Assembly (NCBI RefSeq): GCF_001194135.2
Contig: NC_068991.1
Location: 43,725,199-43,789,198, forward strand
Direction: 5' to 3'
DNA from: Octopus bimaculoides
Taxonomy: Eukaryota
DNA: 64,000 nucleotides
The position numbers and the translations under genes were made by a program. Positions within the stretch are counted from its first letter, which is position 1, and every line of letters starts with the position of its first letter. The notes under the pieces were generated by a model, which was not told the DNA's origin, did not search any database, and saw only the letters and a list, made by a program, of their open reading frames with translations. Below are positions 27,479 through 40,578 of the stretch, one piece after another.

Positions 27479-30400
27479 TCGATGTCACACCCAATGCTAC
27501 AACCTTCCTCTCCTTCCCTAAATTCACTCGACCCATATACACGGGCATTTCACCATCAATGTGAAGTATGTCTGCATATGACACAAATGGAATATTACTA
27601 CATTCATTTTGTGCATCTTCGAACACACATACCAGATTATTGTCATTCTTTTTGTACATTAAATTGTATGGTTTTTCAGTTGTGATCTTTTTTAAAAGAC
27701 ACAGATCTGTATTGAAGAACANNNNNNNNNNNNNNNNNNNNNNNNNNNNNNNNNNNNNNNNNNNNNNNNNNNNNNNNNNNNNNNNNNNNNNNNNNNNNNN
27801 NNNNNNNNNNNNNNNNNNNNNNNNNNNNNNNNNNNNNNNNNNNNNNNNNNNNNNNNNNNNNNNNNNNNNNNNNNNNNNNNNNNNNNNNNNNNNNNNNNNN
27901 NNNNNNNNNNNNNNNNNNNNNNNNNNNNNNNNNNNNNNNNNNNNNNNNNNNNNNNNNNNNNNNNNNNNNNNNNNNNNNNNNNNNNNNNNNNNNNNNNNNN
28001 NNNNNNNNNNNNNNNNNNNNNNNNNNNNNNNNNNNNNNNNNNNNNNNNNNNNNNNNNNNNNNNNNNNNNNNNNNNNNNNNNNNNNNNNNNNNNNNNNNNN
28101 NNNNNNNNNNNNNNNNNNNNNNNNNNNNNNNNNNNNNNNNNNNNNNNNNNNNNNNNNNNNNNNNNNNNNNNNNNNNNNNNNNNNNNNNNNNNNNNNNNNN
28201 NNNNNNNNNNNNNNNNNNNNNNNNNNNNNNNNNNNNNNNNNNNNNNNNNNNNNNNNNNNNNNNNNNNNNNNNNNNNNNNNNNNNNNNNNNNNNNNNNNNN
28301 NNNNNNNNNNNNNNNNNNNNNNNNNNNNNNNNNNNNNNNNNNNNNNNNNNNNNNNNNNNNNNNNNNNNNNNNNNNNNNCCATCTTAAAAAAAAAAATATG
28401 ACTGAAAGAAAAAATATTAAACATGGTCACAGCTGGAAATCTATTGATCATAGATTTACATGATTAGGGTTGGCCTAGAGGCCAAAACCACCACACTAAT
28501 TTGCAGTTTAGGTTTTTGATTTATTGATATAAAAAGATACATGGAAAAATTTTGTTTTGGTTGGTGTGGAGGAAGACGGCAATATCTTTGATTTTCACCA
28601 GTCCTCAGAAGTCACTAAGATTTATGTGGGTCACATTCCTTTTGATGAGTTTTAAGTCAATGGCTGCAGGATAAGCATGTGCAGGGAAAAAATTCCAGAG
28701 AGCTAACATTCTGAAGAGGAAGTTATATTCTTTTTAAAAGGATTTCATTACAATCATTGCTCTGATTACATTATTTAAGATATACTTGTATATTAAGGCT
28801 TTGTCAGTTCCTTTAATCTAACAATACTAGTACTAGTTCCCCAACACTTTTAGCAGTCTTTCATGTATTTCCAATTTACAAAATACACTTCGATAATATA
28901 TGCAAACTGTTGAATTCTTTTAAAAACAAATGTCACCATAACTTTTGTTGAAAAGCTATTGAGCTTTGTTCTCTCTCTGTAGATTTGTGTTGTTCTCAGT
29001 AATAAAACATTTCCTATGGCTACACAATACTATTTGCTAACCATAGCTCTGATTTTATTTACCTATTATTTTTTTTTTCAATCTCAAAATTCTCATATTA
29101 TATATGAATAAACATAACTTAGAATTTATCAAGACTGAATTCAGTTTATTCAACTTAGTAGCTGTGTCTCTTGTGTCTCTTCAGTCAATATACTATCTGT
29201 ATTTTTTTTCTTTGTCAATATATACATGTGTATATGCACTGTCTACATATTCGTTAAAACAAATCAAAAGAATATACGTACATTGTTTCTTTAGCTTTCT
29301 GAAGAATTTGAACACACATTATAAGAATTTTTCTACGATTTAGATCACTTATTTCATCATTGACCACAGCATATCCTATAACATATAAACAGAAAGCAAA
29401 TGAGCATCAAAATATTTTAAAATTTGTTTTCTTTTTAAGTTATACTTTATTTTCAAATATATTTTATTTATTTTTTTTATTACTATTTCTATTAGATTAT
29501 TAACCCCCACCCCCAAAAAAGTTTGTGTAATGTTGAACTGAATGCATTATAATATTTAATAACTATTCATTAAAATTCTCATCTCAATTACCATTGGAGT
29601 TTGCTTTCCATCCTTCTGGAGAAGAAAAAATAACACACCAGTCAAATACTTGATTCAGTTTAAATGTATCCAGTATTTGACTGGTACAGGACAATACCAT
29701 TCCCTCCCAAATTTATAGCTTTATGCCTAAATTTAAAGTTAATATATAAAAACATTTTTCTTGCAATTAGAGCAATCAAATTTAATTCCCCCAATACTTT
29801 TAAAACAATTGGGCACATTTAAGTTAATTTCACAGCTATATGTTTTCAGGCTCAATCCTTCAGTGCAGTCCCTTTGGCAGTTGTCTCATACATTTGTTTC
29901 TAGCCGACAAAAGACATGTAAATGAAATTAGAATGGAAACCATCTGGAAACCAACCAGAGGATATATTCTTAATTTTGAATGGTAGACTTCATCCAGTGT
30001 CTGGCTTAATACCACCTCCTGGCCTTTGGATGCTTTTAACAGAGTCCACTCTATTGCAGGCATCTGAGCCACATTTCTGTTCTGTAAAGTTTCTTCTTTC
30101 TTCCCACCAGTCTTGGAAGCCCTGAAAATGCTACTATTCTTCTGACTAAACTATGATAACAAGTAAAGCTGCAATGCCAACAGTTAATTCCAGCTTCTGG
30201 TATTTGGGTAATTGTATAGTAACTGTTCTTATAAAGATACAAAGAAACCAGAAAAGGAGCTCCTATATGCTTATTTGTCCTGTTAACCGTAACAGACAAA
30301 TATCTTATAACAAACTTTCTGTAATCTTTGATGAGGAATCAGATATTGTAGGCCTTAAATTTTAGAGATTCCTGTCCAGAATAAAAATGGTTTTGCTAGT

Positions 30401-33400
30401 TGCACAATTCTTTAACTAATTTGTTAAAGAATAGTCATCTGGGCTATATCACCAGTATTGCAATCATTACAATAACAACAACAATATAAAAAGAATGTCA
30501 AGAAGCCATGTTTTATGCTGGAAAACTTTATTCAGAGAAGCAAATAAATATCACTTTACCACTTCAGAGAAAATCCACATTTGTCTGAAAATGAATTGAG
30601 TGACATAAACATTGAGTCAATGAAATTGGATCATACTCTCAAGTAAAATACATTAACCGATTTTATGGTAAAGTGTTGGCATTAAGAAGAGCAACAAGTT
30701 GTAAAATATCTTCTTCAGTCTATGCAAAATTTTAACTTAAAGAATTATACAACACATACTTGAACAGAAAAAAACAACTACAAAGAACTAATTAAAAAAT
30801 AATAATCTTTCAGACAAAAAAAAATAATCTTTCAAATTATTATGGTTGAAATTCAAAGAGTTTAGATCAGTAGTTCTTACCCTTTTTACTACCATGCCTC
30901 CCCTAGGAATTTGTCCTTCTCACCATGTCCCTTTCACATCTATGAATAAAATTCCCTCCCAGATTTTAAATAAAATCTAAAATACGTTTTTAGTCATTTT
31001 ATTGAATATGAATTAGTCACATTATACAAAATATGTATAATTTTATATATAATCGCATTATACAAAAAGTGAGATACTTGACATTGCTTCTTAACAAAAA
31101 AATTTTTTTTATTGAATATGAATTAGTCACATTATTAGTGAGATATTTGACACTGCTTCTTATCTACAAGATCTTGCTTAGCTACCAGATCTTGAATGCA
31201 TGGTTGAATGCCAGAGAGGGTACAACATAAGACCCTTTCAACGTTCGGCCTGTTCCTGTACTTGGTCTTGACAGCAACGAGTGTCGAAAATGTAGCTTCA
31301 CAAAGATATGTGAATCCAAACATAGCTAAAATCTGAAGAGCCTGATGTGAGATCAGAGGGTGAACCAGAAGGTATTTGATCCAGAACGTTTCAAGATCCA
31401 GGTTTTTGAAATCTTCCTTAACTGGGGAGTTAAACTTCAGCTCAAGAAAACTCCTCTTGCACTTCATGCAAAACATCAATCACTTCACACTGAAATGGGT
31501 TCCTGATGAATTTCCAAGCTTCATGCTTTTCATCTATATCTGGGAAGTATCTGATGAATTCTGTTTCCAAGTCAGTTAGACAAATACAAAGAAAAGAAAA
31601 TCTGTTGAGAGGTAACTCACCTTTTCTCCAGCAACTTGTTGATGCCAAACTAAAATGGATATTTGTACTTTTGTCTGCAGTTATTTGTGCTAGAATTATA
31701 TAAAAAAAAAATAATAAGATAAAAGATTCACTAACAAATCTATAATCAAAATATGTATACTTAATATTTGCAGTGTCCATCTCCCACAATATTTAAAGTT
31801 TCTCTGATAAGACAGAAGTTAATTTGAGAAGGGATATGATTAGAAACCAAGATTAAGAAAGGAGCATTTTCTATGCACAAAGACACAGCATGAAATAGTC
31901 ATGTATGTGAGACAGGGAAGACTACAAGATGCATTACCTATGAAAAGAAATGACAGAGATTGTTACTATGTCTTGGTTATAAAATCTAAGTTAATGCAAT
32001 AAGTTACATGATAATGGCAATGAAATTACATAAACAAGACAGAAGGTAATTTCTTTGTGAGTTCAAGTGATTGGCAAATGCACGTCCCTATCAGAGCCAA
32101 AACTGCATCATAAAGACTTCGAAGCTAGAAAATATTTCATTTGAATCTCTAACAACTACTTACTCTCGATAAAGCTTAGGTGAGACCCATAATGGAGTAT
32201 TGCTTGTACCTCTGGGCCAGTGCTGCAGTTATACACTCATAAATATCTTACACCACATTAAAAGAAAGACCACCTGACTGATTGTCATGAGGTTACTCAC
32301 CAACACACTCCAGACATGAGTTCACAGATATGCTGTCTCCTATCACTCCCTTTTACTCCAAAACTAATGTGGCCTCTCCTCTTTAGAGATGGTTGATCTC
32401 AAGCTAACTCCGCTCAAACTACCCCTACTCACTTGTCCTTTTATTACCCATACTGTCCCCACTCAGTCCCCACACTGACTATCAGGCACAATCCACCCTC
32501 ACCAGGATGTTGGGTTGGAAAATTTTCTTCTTGCACTGGCATGGTTATGTGGTTAAAAAGTTTGCTTCTCAACTACACTGGTTTGGGTTCAATCTCACTG
32601 CTTGGCACCTTGAGTGTCTTCTGCAATAGCCTGGGCTGACTAATGTCTTGGAGTTGGTAGACAGAAACTGAAAGTAACCTATCATACAGCCATGCATCCA
32701 TCCATCCATTCATCCATCCATCCATCCATCCATCCATACATACATACATACATACATACATACAAGATAAGGATAAAAGTCCTTTCTGAGTCATATAGAC
32801 TCATAGGGCTGGTTTCCAGATTTCTGTGGCACATATATTTCCCACTGGATGGGACACCAGTCTGTTGCAGGATTACTAATTTTTGCCAGCTGAGTGGACT
32901 GGAGCAATGTGAAAAGAAGTGTTTTGATCAAGAACACAATGTAAAATATACAACATTCAAAGTAATGGTAATTTTATGCATGAGGATTCTTTGAAATATA
33001 ATTTGTAGTCTCCAAATAAGCATTAGTTATAATTTATAACATGCTTGCTTATATCAAAGGTGTCAAAATAGAGACTGACACAAGATTTATGACTTGGTGT
33101 TGATTTTAGGTCAGTAAATAGCAGTCACTATTATTTGTATTGGTTTAACTCAAGTACATAGGAAGTAAAAAATCAAATGGAAATTTTAAACATTATTGCT
33201 GCATCAAGTGTCATCTATATATATAAAAATAAGAATGTGTGTCTGTCTGTCTGTGTGTGTGTGTGTGTGTGAATCCCTAAAACTCGAGAACTACGCAACC
33301 AATTTCATTCAAATTTTACACATGCCTTACTTAGGGTTCCAGTTGTGTTTTAGTCAAAAAATTTTTTTTACTTCTTGCAGAGTTCGAGCACACGGCAACA

Positions 33401-35469
33401 TAATATCTCCTCCACTATTTAAGTATTACGTGTCAAAAGTGAAACAAAAACACTCATGTCAAATACTTTCACTTTAAAAATGAAACTATTCCACTAACTG
33501 AAACAATCACATTTNNNNNNNNNNNNNNNNNNNNNNNNNNNNNNNNNNNNNNNNNNNNNNNNNNNNNNNNNNNNNNNNNNNNNNNNNNNNNNNNNNNNNN
33601 NNNNNNNNNNNNNNNNNNNNNNNNNNNNNNNNNNNNNNNNNNNNNNNNNNNNNNNNNNNNNNNNNNNNNNNNNNNNNNNNNNNNNNNNNNNNNNNNNNNN
33701 NNNNNNNNNNNNNNNNNNNNNNNNNNNNNNNNNNNNNNNNNNNNNNNNNNNNNNNNNNNNNNNNNNNNNNNNNNNNNNNNNNNNNNNNNNNNNNNNNNNN
33801 NNNNNNNNNNNNNNNNNNNNNNNNNNNNNNNNNNNNNNNNNNNNNNNNNNNNNNNNNNNNNNNNNNNNNNNNNNNNNNNNNNNNNNNNNNNNNNNNNNNN
33901 NNNNNNNNNNNNNNNNNNNNNNNNNNNNNNNNNNNNNNNNNNNNNNNNNNNNNNNNNNNNNNNNNNNNNNNNNNNNNNNNNNNNNNNNNNNNNNNNNNNN
34001 NNNNNNNNNNNNNNNNNNNNNNNNNNNNNNNNNNNNNNNNNNNNNNNNNNNNNNNNNNNNNNNNNNNNNNNNNNNNNNNNNNNNNNNNNNNNNNNNNNNN
34101 NNNNNNNNNNNNNNNNNNNNNNNNNNNNNNNNNNNNNNNNNNNNNNNNNNNNNNNNNNNNNNNNNNNNNNNNNNNNNNNNNNNNNNNNNNNNNNNNNNNN
34201 NNNNNNNNNNNNNNNNNNNNNNNNNNNNNNNNNNNNNNNNNNNNNNNNNNNNNNNNNNNNNNNNNNNNNNNNNNNNNNNNNNNNNNNNNNNNNNNNNNNN
34301 NATCTCAGGGTCAAACACTGTCTGTAGCTGGTCTTCTCTTGGAAGAGCCCTGCTTCTCACATGGACAACTGTATGTTGGCTGCTCAAGAGTGGGCAGCAA
34401 AAAAAACCTATTTGTATATGCTCCACAAGGGAAAACAAGGAACATTGTTTACAACGAGGTGTTATAATCACAACAGCAAGAAAGTATGTACATGATCACC
34501 TTCTTTTACGAAACTTCATTGACTTTCATATATTTATATTGATATACATATATATACGTGTGTTTGGGTGCGTGTGTGTATATACATCTCTATATATAAA
34601 GATGATGCGTAGTCTAGACGGCGTTTTTAGATTTCATTATTCTCTTTAACCCGGGCAACGCCGGGTATTTCTGCTAGTCAGTAATATTTCTTTCAGCTTC
34701 AAATAATGTACAAAGAGAATAAGACCTAAATACCAAATAGCATGCACAAAATGGACAGGGATGCAGGAAGGGGTCCACCAAGGATCAGTCATCAACCCCC
34801 TCTTATTCATCATAGTCCTCCAGGCAATAACAGAGGAATTCAAGACAGGATGCCCCTGGGAGCTCCTCTCTGCTGATGACCTTGCTCTAATTACTGAGTC
34901 ACTATCAGAACTAGAGAAAAAGTTTCAGGTGTAGAAGCAAGGATTATAATCGAAGGGCTTTAGAGTCAACTTAGCTAAAACCAAAGTCTTGGGTAGATGG
35001 CCCTGTTCAATCTGTAGAAAAGACGTAGGTAGAAACTCCATAAGATGTACCCAGTGTAAGCTATGGACACATAAGANNNNNNNNNNGTAGGTAGAAACTC
35101 CATAAGATGTACCCAGTGTAAGCTATGGACACATAAGAGGTGCAGCAATATCAAAGGAAGGCTAACTAGGAAGATAGTTTTTGTATGTGGCAAATGCTCA
35201 GGTGCTATAAACACTGAAAATGTTTAGAGAACAGCTTCTGTCACATTCCAGGGAGAAAAACTACAAGTAGTTGATCGCTTCCATTACCTAGGTGACCAAG
35301 TCAATTGCTGAAAGTGTAGCTGTTAGAATAAGAATAGCCTGGGCAAAGTTCAGAGAGCTCCTACCTCTGCTGGTGACAAAGGGCCTCTCGCTCAGAGTAA
35401 AAGGCACATAGTGAACCTGAAGGCACATGATTGCAATGTGAACTTTGTATATATGTGAGTGTACATGTA

Positions 35470-35537
<68 letters not shown>

Positions 35538-38500
35538 GAAAAACTGTTTATCCTATAATTCAGGTTGCTAGGTTTGGTAGTTATCCAAAGTTTATATGTC
35601 AACAAACAAGATATTGCCTTTTTCATTTCATACTCACTATAATCAAGGATATGAATGAGTCAGCAACTGCATGTCTATGTGCTGTCTCTATTATAACAAA
35701 TACCAGATAGTAAATAAATGGTCTCCGTTCTACATTTGTTATGATACTTATTTTTTATAACTGACACATGCAAATAAAGGAGCCTCTATATGGTCGCTCA
35801 ACTGCCAGAGTTGGCAACTGAGTCTCTCTTAAATCACACCTTACTGGAAAGAAAAATACATTAGATTATGTAGCTCCATCATCATTGTCATTTAAAGTCT
35901 GTTTTCCATGCTGGCATGGGTTAGACAGTTTCATAGGAGCTGGCAAAGCTAGAGAGATGCACCAAGCTCCAGTTGTCTGTTCTGACATGGATTTTATGGC
36001 TGGATGCCCTTCATAGCACCAGCCACTTTACTGAGTGTACTGAGTGCTTTTTACATGGCACCAGCACCAGTTCTTTATACATGGTACCAGCACAAGTGCT
36101 CTTCAAGTGGAACTGGCTTGGGTGCTTTTTATGTGACACCAGTGCAGGTGCTTGTTACAGTGCAGGTGCTTTCTATGTGGCACCAACACGGGGGCTTTTA
36201 TGTGACACCAAAATGGGTGCTTTTTTTGTGACACCAGCACCCGCAAGCTGACACACCAAATCTTTGATTATGGGTCTGCTTGATCTGTGCTGAACTGGGT
36301 CAAACAACAACAAACATTCTTTATAAATTACATATATCTAAACATGAAGGTGTGTGGCCTAATGGTTAGGGTGTTGCACTCATGATTATGAAATCATAGT
36401 TTTGATTTCCAGACAGTGCATTGTCTTCTTGAGCAAAACACTTCATTTCACATAGCTCCAGTCCACTCAGCTGTAAATGAATAATCCTCTCATGGACTAT
36501 TGTTCCATTCAAGGAAAATCTGGCCTACCCACCTAGCCAGTGGGGTGGCATCCCTCATTCAAAAGCTAAAACAATGTGAAGCACATTGTGACTAGCAGTG
36601 TATAATAACATCTGATAGTTTGGTATATACTGTGGTATAGTTATCTTTATATATCTTAATAAGGCTATATAACAGTTGAAAGGTTAACTTTAAATCCGCA
36701 GAGAAATAAGAGCCAGTATCTCAAGTGTCAGGTTTAATTAGTGGAAAGGCTATTAAAAAACAGTTAATCAGCCTGGCAATTGATTTAATGATAATGGTTT
36801 GTTTTCAGTAAAACTTGGCTTGAAGCCAACAGCCAAGTATGAATGAATATATGATAATTAAAAAATATGTATAAAAAAATAAAATTAAAAATACCTTTCT
36901 TATCTTTGCATTTATTTAATTTACAACCTATGCAAAGGTTAACATTACATCTGATGAATAAAAAAATGTGTTGTCCTTATTAGCATTAATTAGTATTCCG
37001 TTCATTCCCAATAGAGACTAAGGTTTCATGACTTGGTTACCTGTTTCTATGTATTTGCTTTTATGTTAACATATATTTATATTTTATCTTTAACTTGTTT
37101 CAGTCATTTGACTGATCGTGCTGGGACACTGCCATGAAGGGTTTAGTCAAATGAATCACACCCCACAGTACTTATTGTTTAGGCCTGTTACTTATTCTAT
37201 TGGTCTCTTTTTGCTAAACTACTATGTTACAGGGATGTAAGCAAACCAACACCAAGTAGTGGGGGGGGGATACAAAGGCACACACACACACATGCATGTA
37301 CGCATGCACGCATGCACACACACACACACACAAGCACACACACAGATATTATATATATATATATGATGGATTTTTTTCCAGTTTCTGTCTTGAAATTCAC
37401 TCACAAGGCTTTGGTCAGCTGAGGATTATGGTAGAAAACAGTTGCCCAAGACGTTGTGTAATGGCACTGAACCTGGAACCACATAGTTAGGAAGCAAGCT
37501 TTTTATCACACAGTCACACCTGCAATAATTTGAGAGTCTGTGTGTTTTACCTAAACTTGACACAGCTATGGGAAAAGAACAAATAACAAATAATAAATAG
37601 TGTGAAAATGCCTAATGAAACAACAGTACATTTTTGGCAGAGTAGAAACAGGTTTAGTGATGACATCACAAGAAAATAGTAGACGATTTCAATGTATTTT
37701 GCATCAAAAATTTATTGCCCACTTTTCCATGCTTGCATAAGTCAGACAGAATTTGTTGAGGCAGATTTTCTATGGGTGAGTGCTCTTCCCGTCACAATCC
37801 TTACAAATATCATTTGTTTCAAAGGGGTCTAAACATAGAGGAGACAAACAAGGACAGGCAAAGGGATTTAGTCGATTATACTGACCCCAGTGTGTAACTG
37901 GTGCTTATTTAATCAACCCCAACAGGATGAAAGGCAAAGTTGACCTCAGCGGAATTTGAATTATAATATTGCTTCATGACTGGACATGTGTTCATGGAAG
38001 ACTGAAAATGAATGACACTCCTTGTATGAGAGTGGATACTTGTTTACAACTGTCATACAATGCCAAGATGAGGAGGCGCACACGCACACACACACACACA
38101 CACACACTATGATTGACCGTTGACTGAACACTATTCAATTTTTTTTCTCCGTGTTTTTCTCCTTGTCTCCGTATTCTTTCTGTTGAAGAGCGTAGCTCGA
38201 AACGTCAAAGACTTTCCGTATTCCCGAGCGTCATACTAATATATCCTTTTGTTATTTACACCACCTGCCCTCGTCTGTTGTTATTATTTGCATATTCTCC
38301 CACACACACACACTTCCACTCATATAGGTTTCTGGCCTAGTGCCCAACATGCCACACAGTGAGACTGAACCCAAAACTACTCAGTTGGGTTGCAAATTAC
38401 ATAACCATACAGCCATGCTTGCATCATGAAAACAGTATATGTACAACTCATGGACTCATAGAACAGAGCTGTTCCATAATTTCAGTTTGAGTGGGGGAGA

Positions 38501-38704
38501 TCTTTCAAGGAAAGATGAACAAGGCCAAACATGTGATCATGATATGGTTATTGTTTCTAATAATTCTAATCAACTTAGATGGGTTGGATTGTGTTAGGTG
38601 ACAGCTTGTGTGCGTGGAAGTAGGTTAAAAGTAAACAAAGAATAAAGAAGTTAAGAACAATATACAACAATTGAAGTCATTGAAATAACCACATATGATG
38701 ACTG

Positions 38705-38754
<50 letters not shown>

Positions 38755-39791
38755 CATCATCATTTAGCATCCATTTTCCATGCTGGTATAGGTTAGATGG
38801 TTTGACTGGAACTGGTAAGCCTGAGAGCTGCACTACACTCCAATCAGTTTTGGTTTGGTTTCTACAGCTGGATGCTCTTCCTAACACCAATCAATCCATA
38901 GAGTGTACTGGGTGTCTTTTACATGTATTAGCATGGGTGCCTTTCAAGTACTGGTGACAAGTATGAGGAATGCATGTCAGTGACACGTACAGGACACCTG
39001 TGCTGGTCACACACACAAACACACATCCATTCTTTTATTCTCTTACTTGTTTCAGTCGTTCATCTGTGGCCATGCTGGAACACTGTCTTAAAGGGCTTTA
39101 GTTGAAGAAATCAACCCCTAGGACCTATTCTTTTTAAGCTTAGTACTTGTTCTATCAATTTGTTTTGCCAAATCACTAAGTTACAGTGATGTAAACACAC
39201 CAACCAGTTGTCAAGCAATGGAGGGGGGGGCAAACACAGACACACATACACACACATAGATACACACACATAGATACACACACACGCACATACACACATA
39301 TACGATGGGCATTTTTCAGTTTCTGTCTACCAAATCCACTCATAAGGCTTTGGTTGGACCAAGGCTATAGTAGAAGATACTTGTCCATGGTGCCATGCAG
39401 TGGCACTGAACTTGGAACTATGTGGTTGGGAAGCAAGCTTCTTGCCACACAGCCATGCCTGTGCCTTGAATAAAAGTATGGACAAACAAACAACTGATAT
39501 CTGGTCAGAATTTGACATTTATATATTTATATATTTATGCAACTTGAATGTAGAAAAGAATGTTTCAGAGTTTAAATTGCAAAAGATTCATAAAAGATTG
39601 TTTGAGAAATATTCATAATAGTTGTGATATATGCTAGACTACCTTCAGAATAATTATAAGGTAAGTCCATATTATTGATATTAGATGGTAGGTTAAGGCA
39701 GGTCATCATAGGTAAGATCGAAATTGAAGGAGAAAGAAGGTATGCAAGGAAGCATCTCTATCTCTTTCCACTTCCTCTCTTTCTCTCTCAG

Positions 39792-39824
<33 letters not shown>

Positions 39825-40541
39825 CTGNNNNNNNNNNNNNNNNNNNNNNNNNNNNNNNNNNNNNNNNNNNNNNNNNNNNNNNNNNNNNNNNNNNNNNNNN
39901 NNNNNNNNNNNNNNNNNNNNNNNNNNNNNNNNNNNNNNNNNNNNNNNNNNNNNNNNNNNNNNNNNNNNNNNNNNNNNNNNNNNNNNNNNNNNNNNNNNNN
40001 NNNNNNNNNNNNNNNNNNNNNNNNNNNNNNNNNNNNNNNNNNNNNNNNNNNNNNNNNNNNNNNNNNNNNNNNNNNNNNNNNNNNNNNNNNNNNNNNNNNN
40101 NNNNNNNNNNNNNNNNNNNNNNNNNNNNNNNNNNNNNNNNNNNNNNNNNNNNNNNNNNNNNNNNNNNNNNNNNNNNNNNNNNNNNNNNNNNNNNNNNNNN
40201 NNNNNNNNNNNNNNNNNNNNNNNNNNNNNNNNNNNNNNNNNNNNNNNNNNNNNNNNNNNNNNNNNNNNNNNNNNNNNNNNNNNNNNNNNNNNNNNNNNNN
40301 NNNNNNNNNNNNNNNNNNNNNNNNNNNNNNNNNNNNNNNNNNNNNNNNNNNNNNNNNNNNNNNNNNNNNNNNNNNNNNNNNNNNNNNNNNNNNNNNNNNN
40401 NNNNNNNNNNNNNNNNNNNNNNNNNNNNNNNNNNNNNNNNNNNNNNNNNNNNNNNNNNNNNNNNNNNNNNNNNNNNNNNNNNNNNNNNNNNNNNNNNNNN
40501 NNNNNNNNNNNNNNNNNNNNNNNNNNNNNNNNNNNNNNNNN

Positions 40542-40578
<37 letters not shown>

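Noticed and set aside
26709-28378. Long ORFs containing X runs or HT/YI/CV repeats, here and throughout the track
   Set aside because: Artefacts of N-gaps and dinucleotide microsatellites.
29860-30360. Possible host exons (also 1700-2150, 28560-28800, 43570-43950, 44050-44330)
   Set aside because: Stops in all usable frames. The fragments look like highly decayed LINE endonuclease or RT remnants, too weak to classify.
35020-35135. Direct duplication across a 10-N gap (also 50548-50707)
   Set aside because: Identical sequence on both sides of a minimal gap indicates unmerged contig overlap, not a biological repeat.
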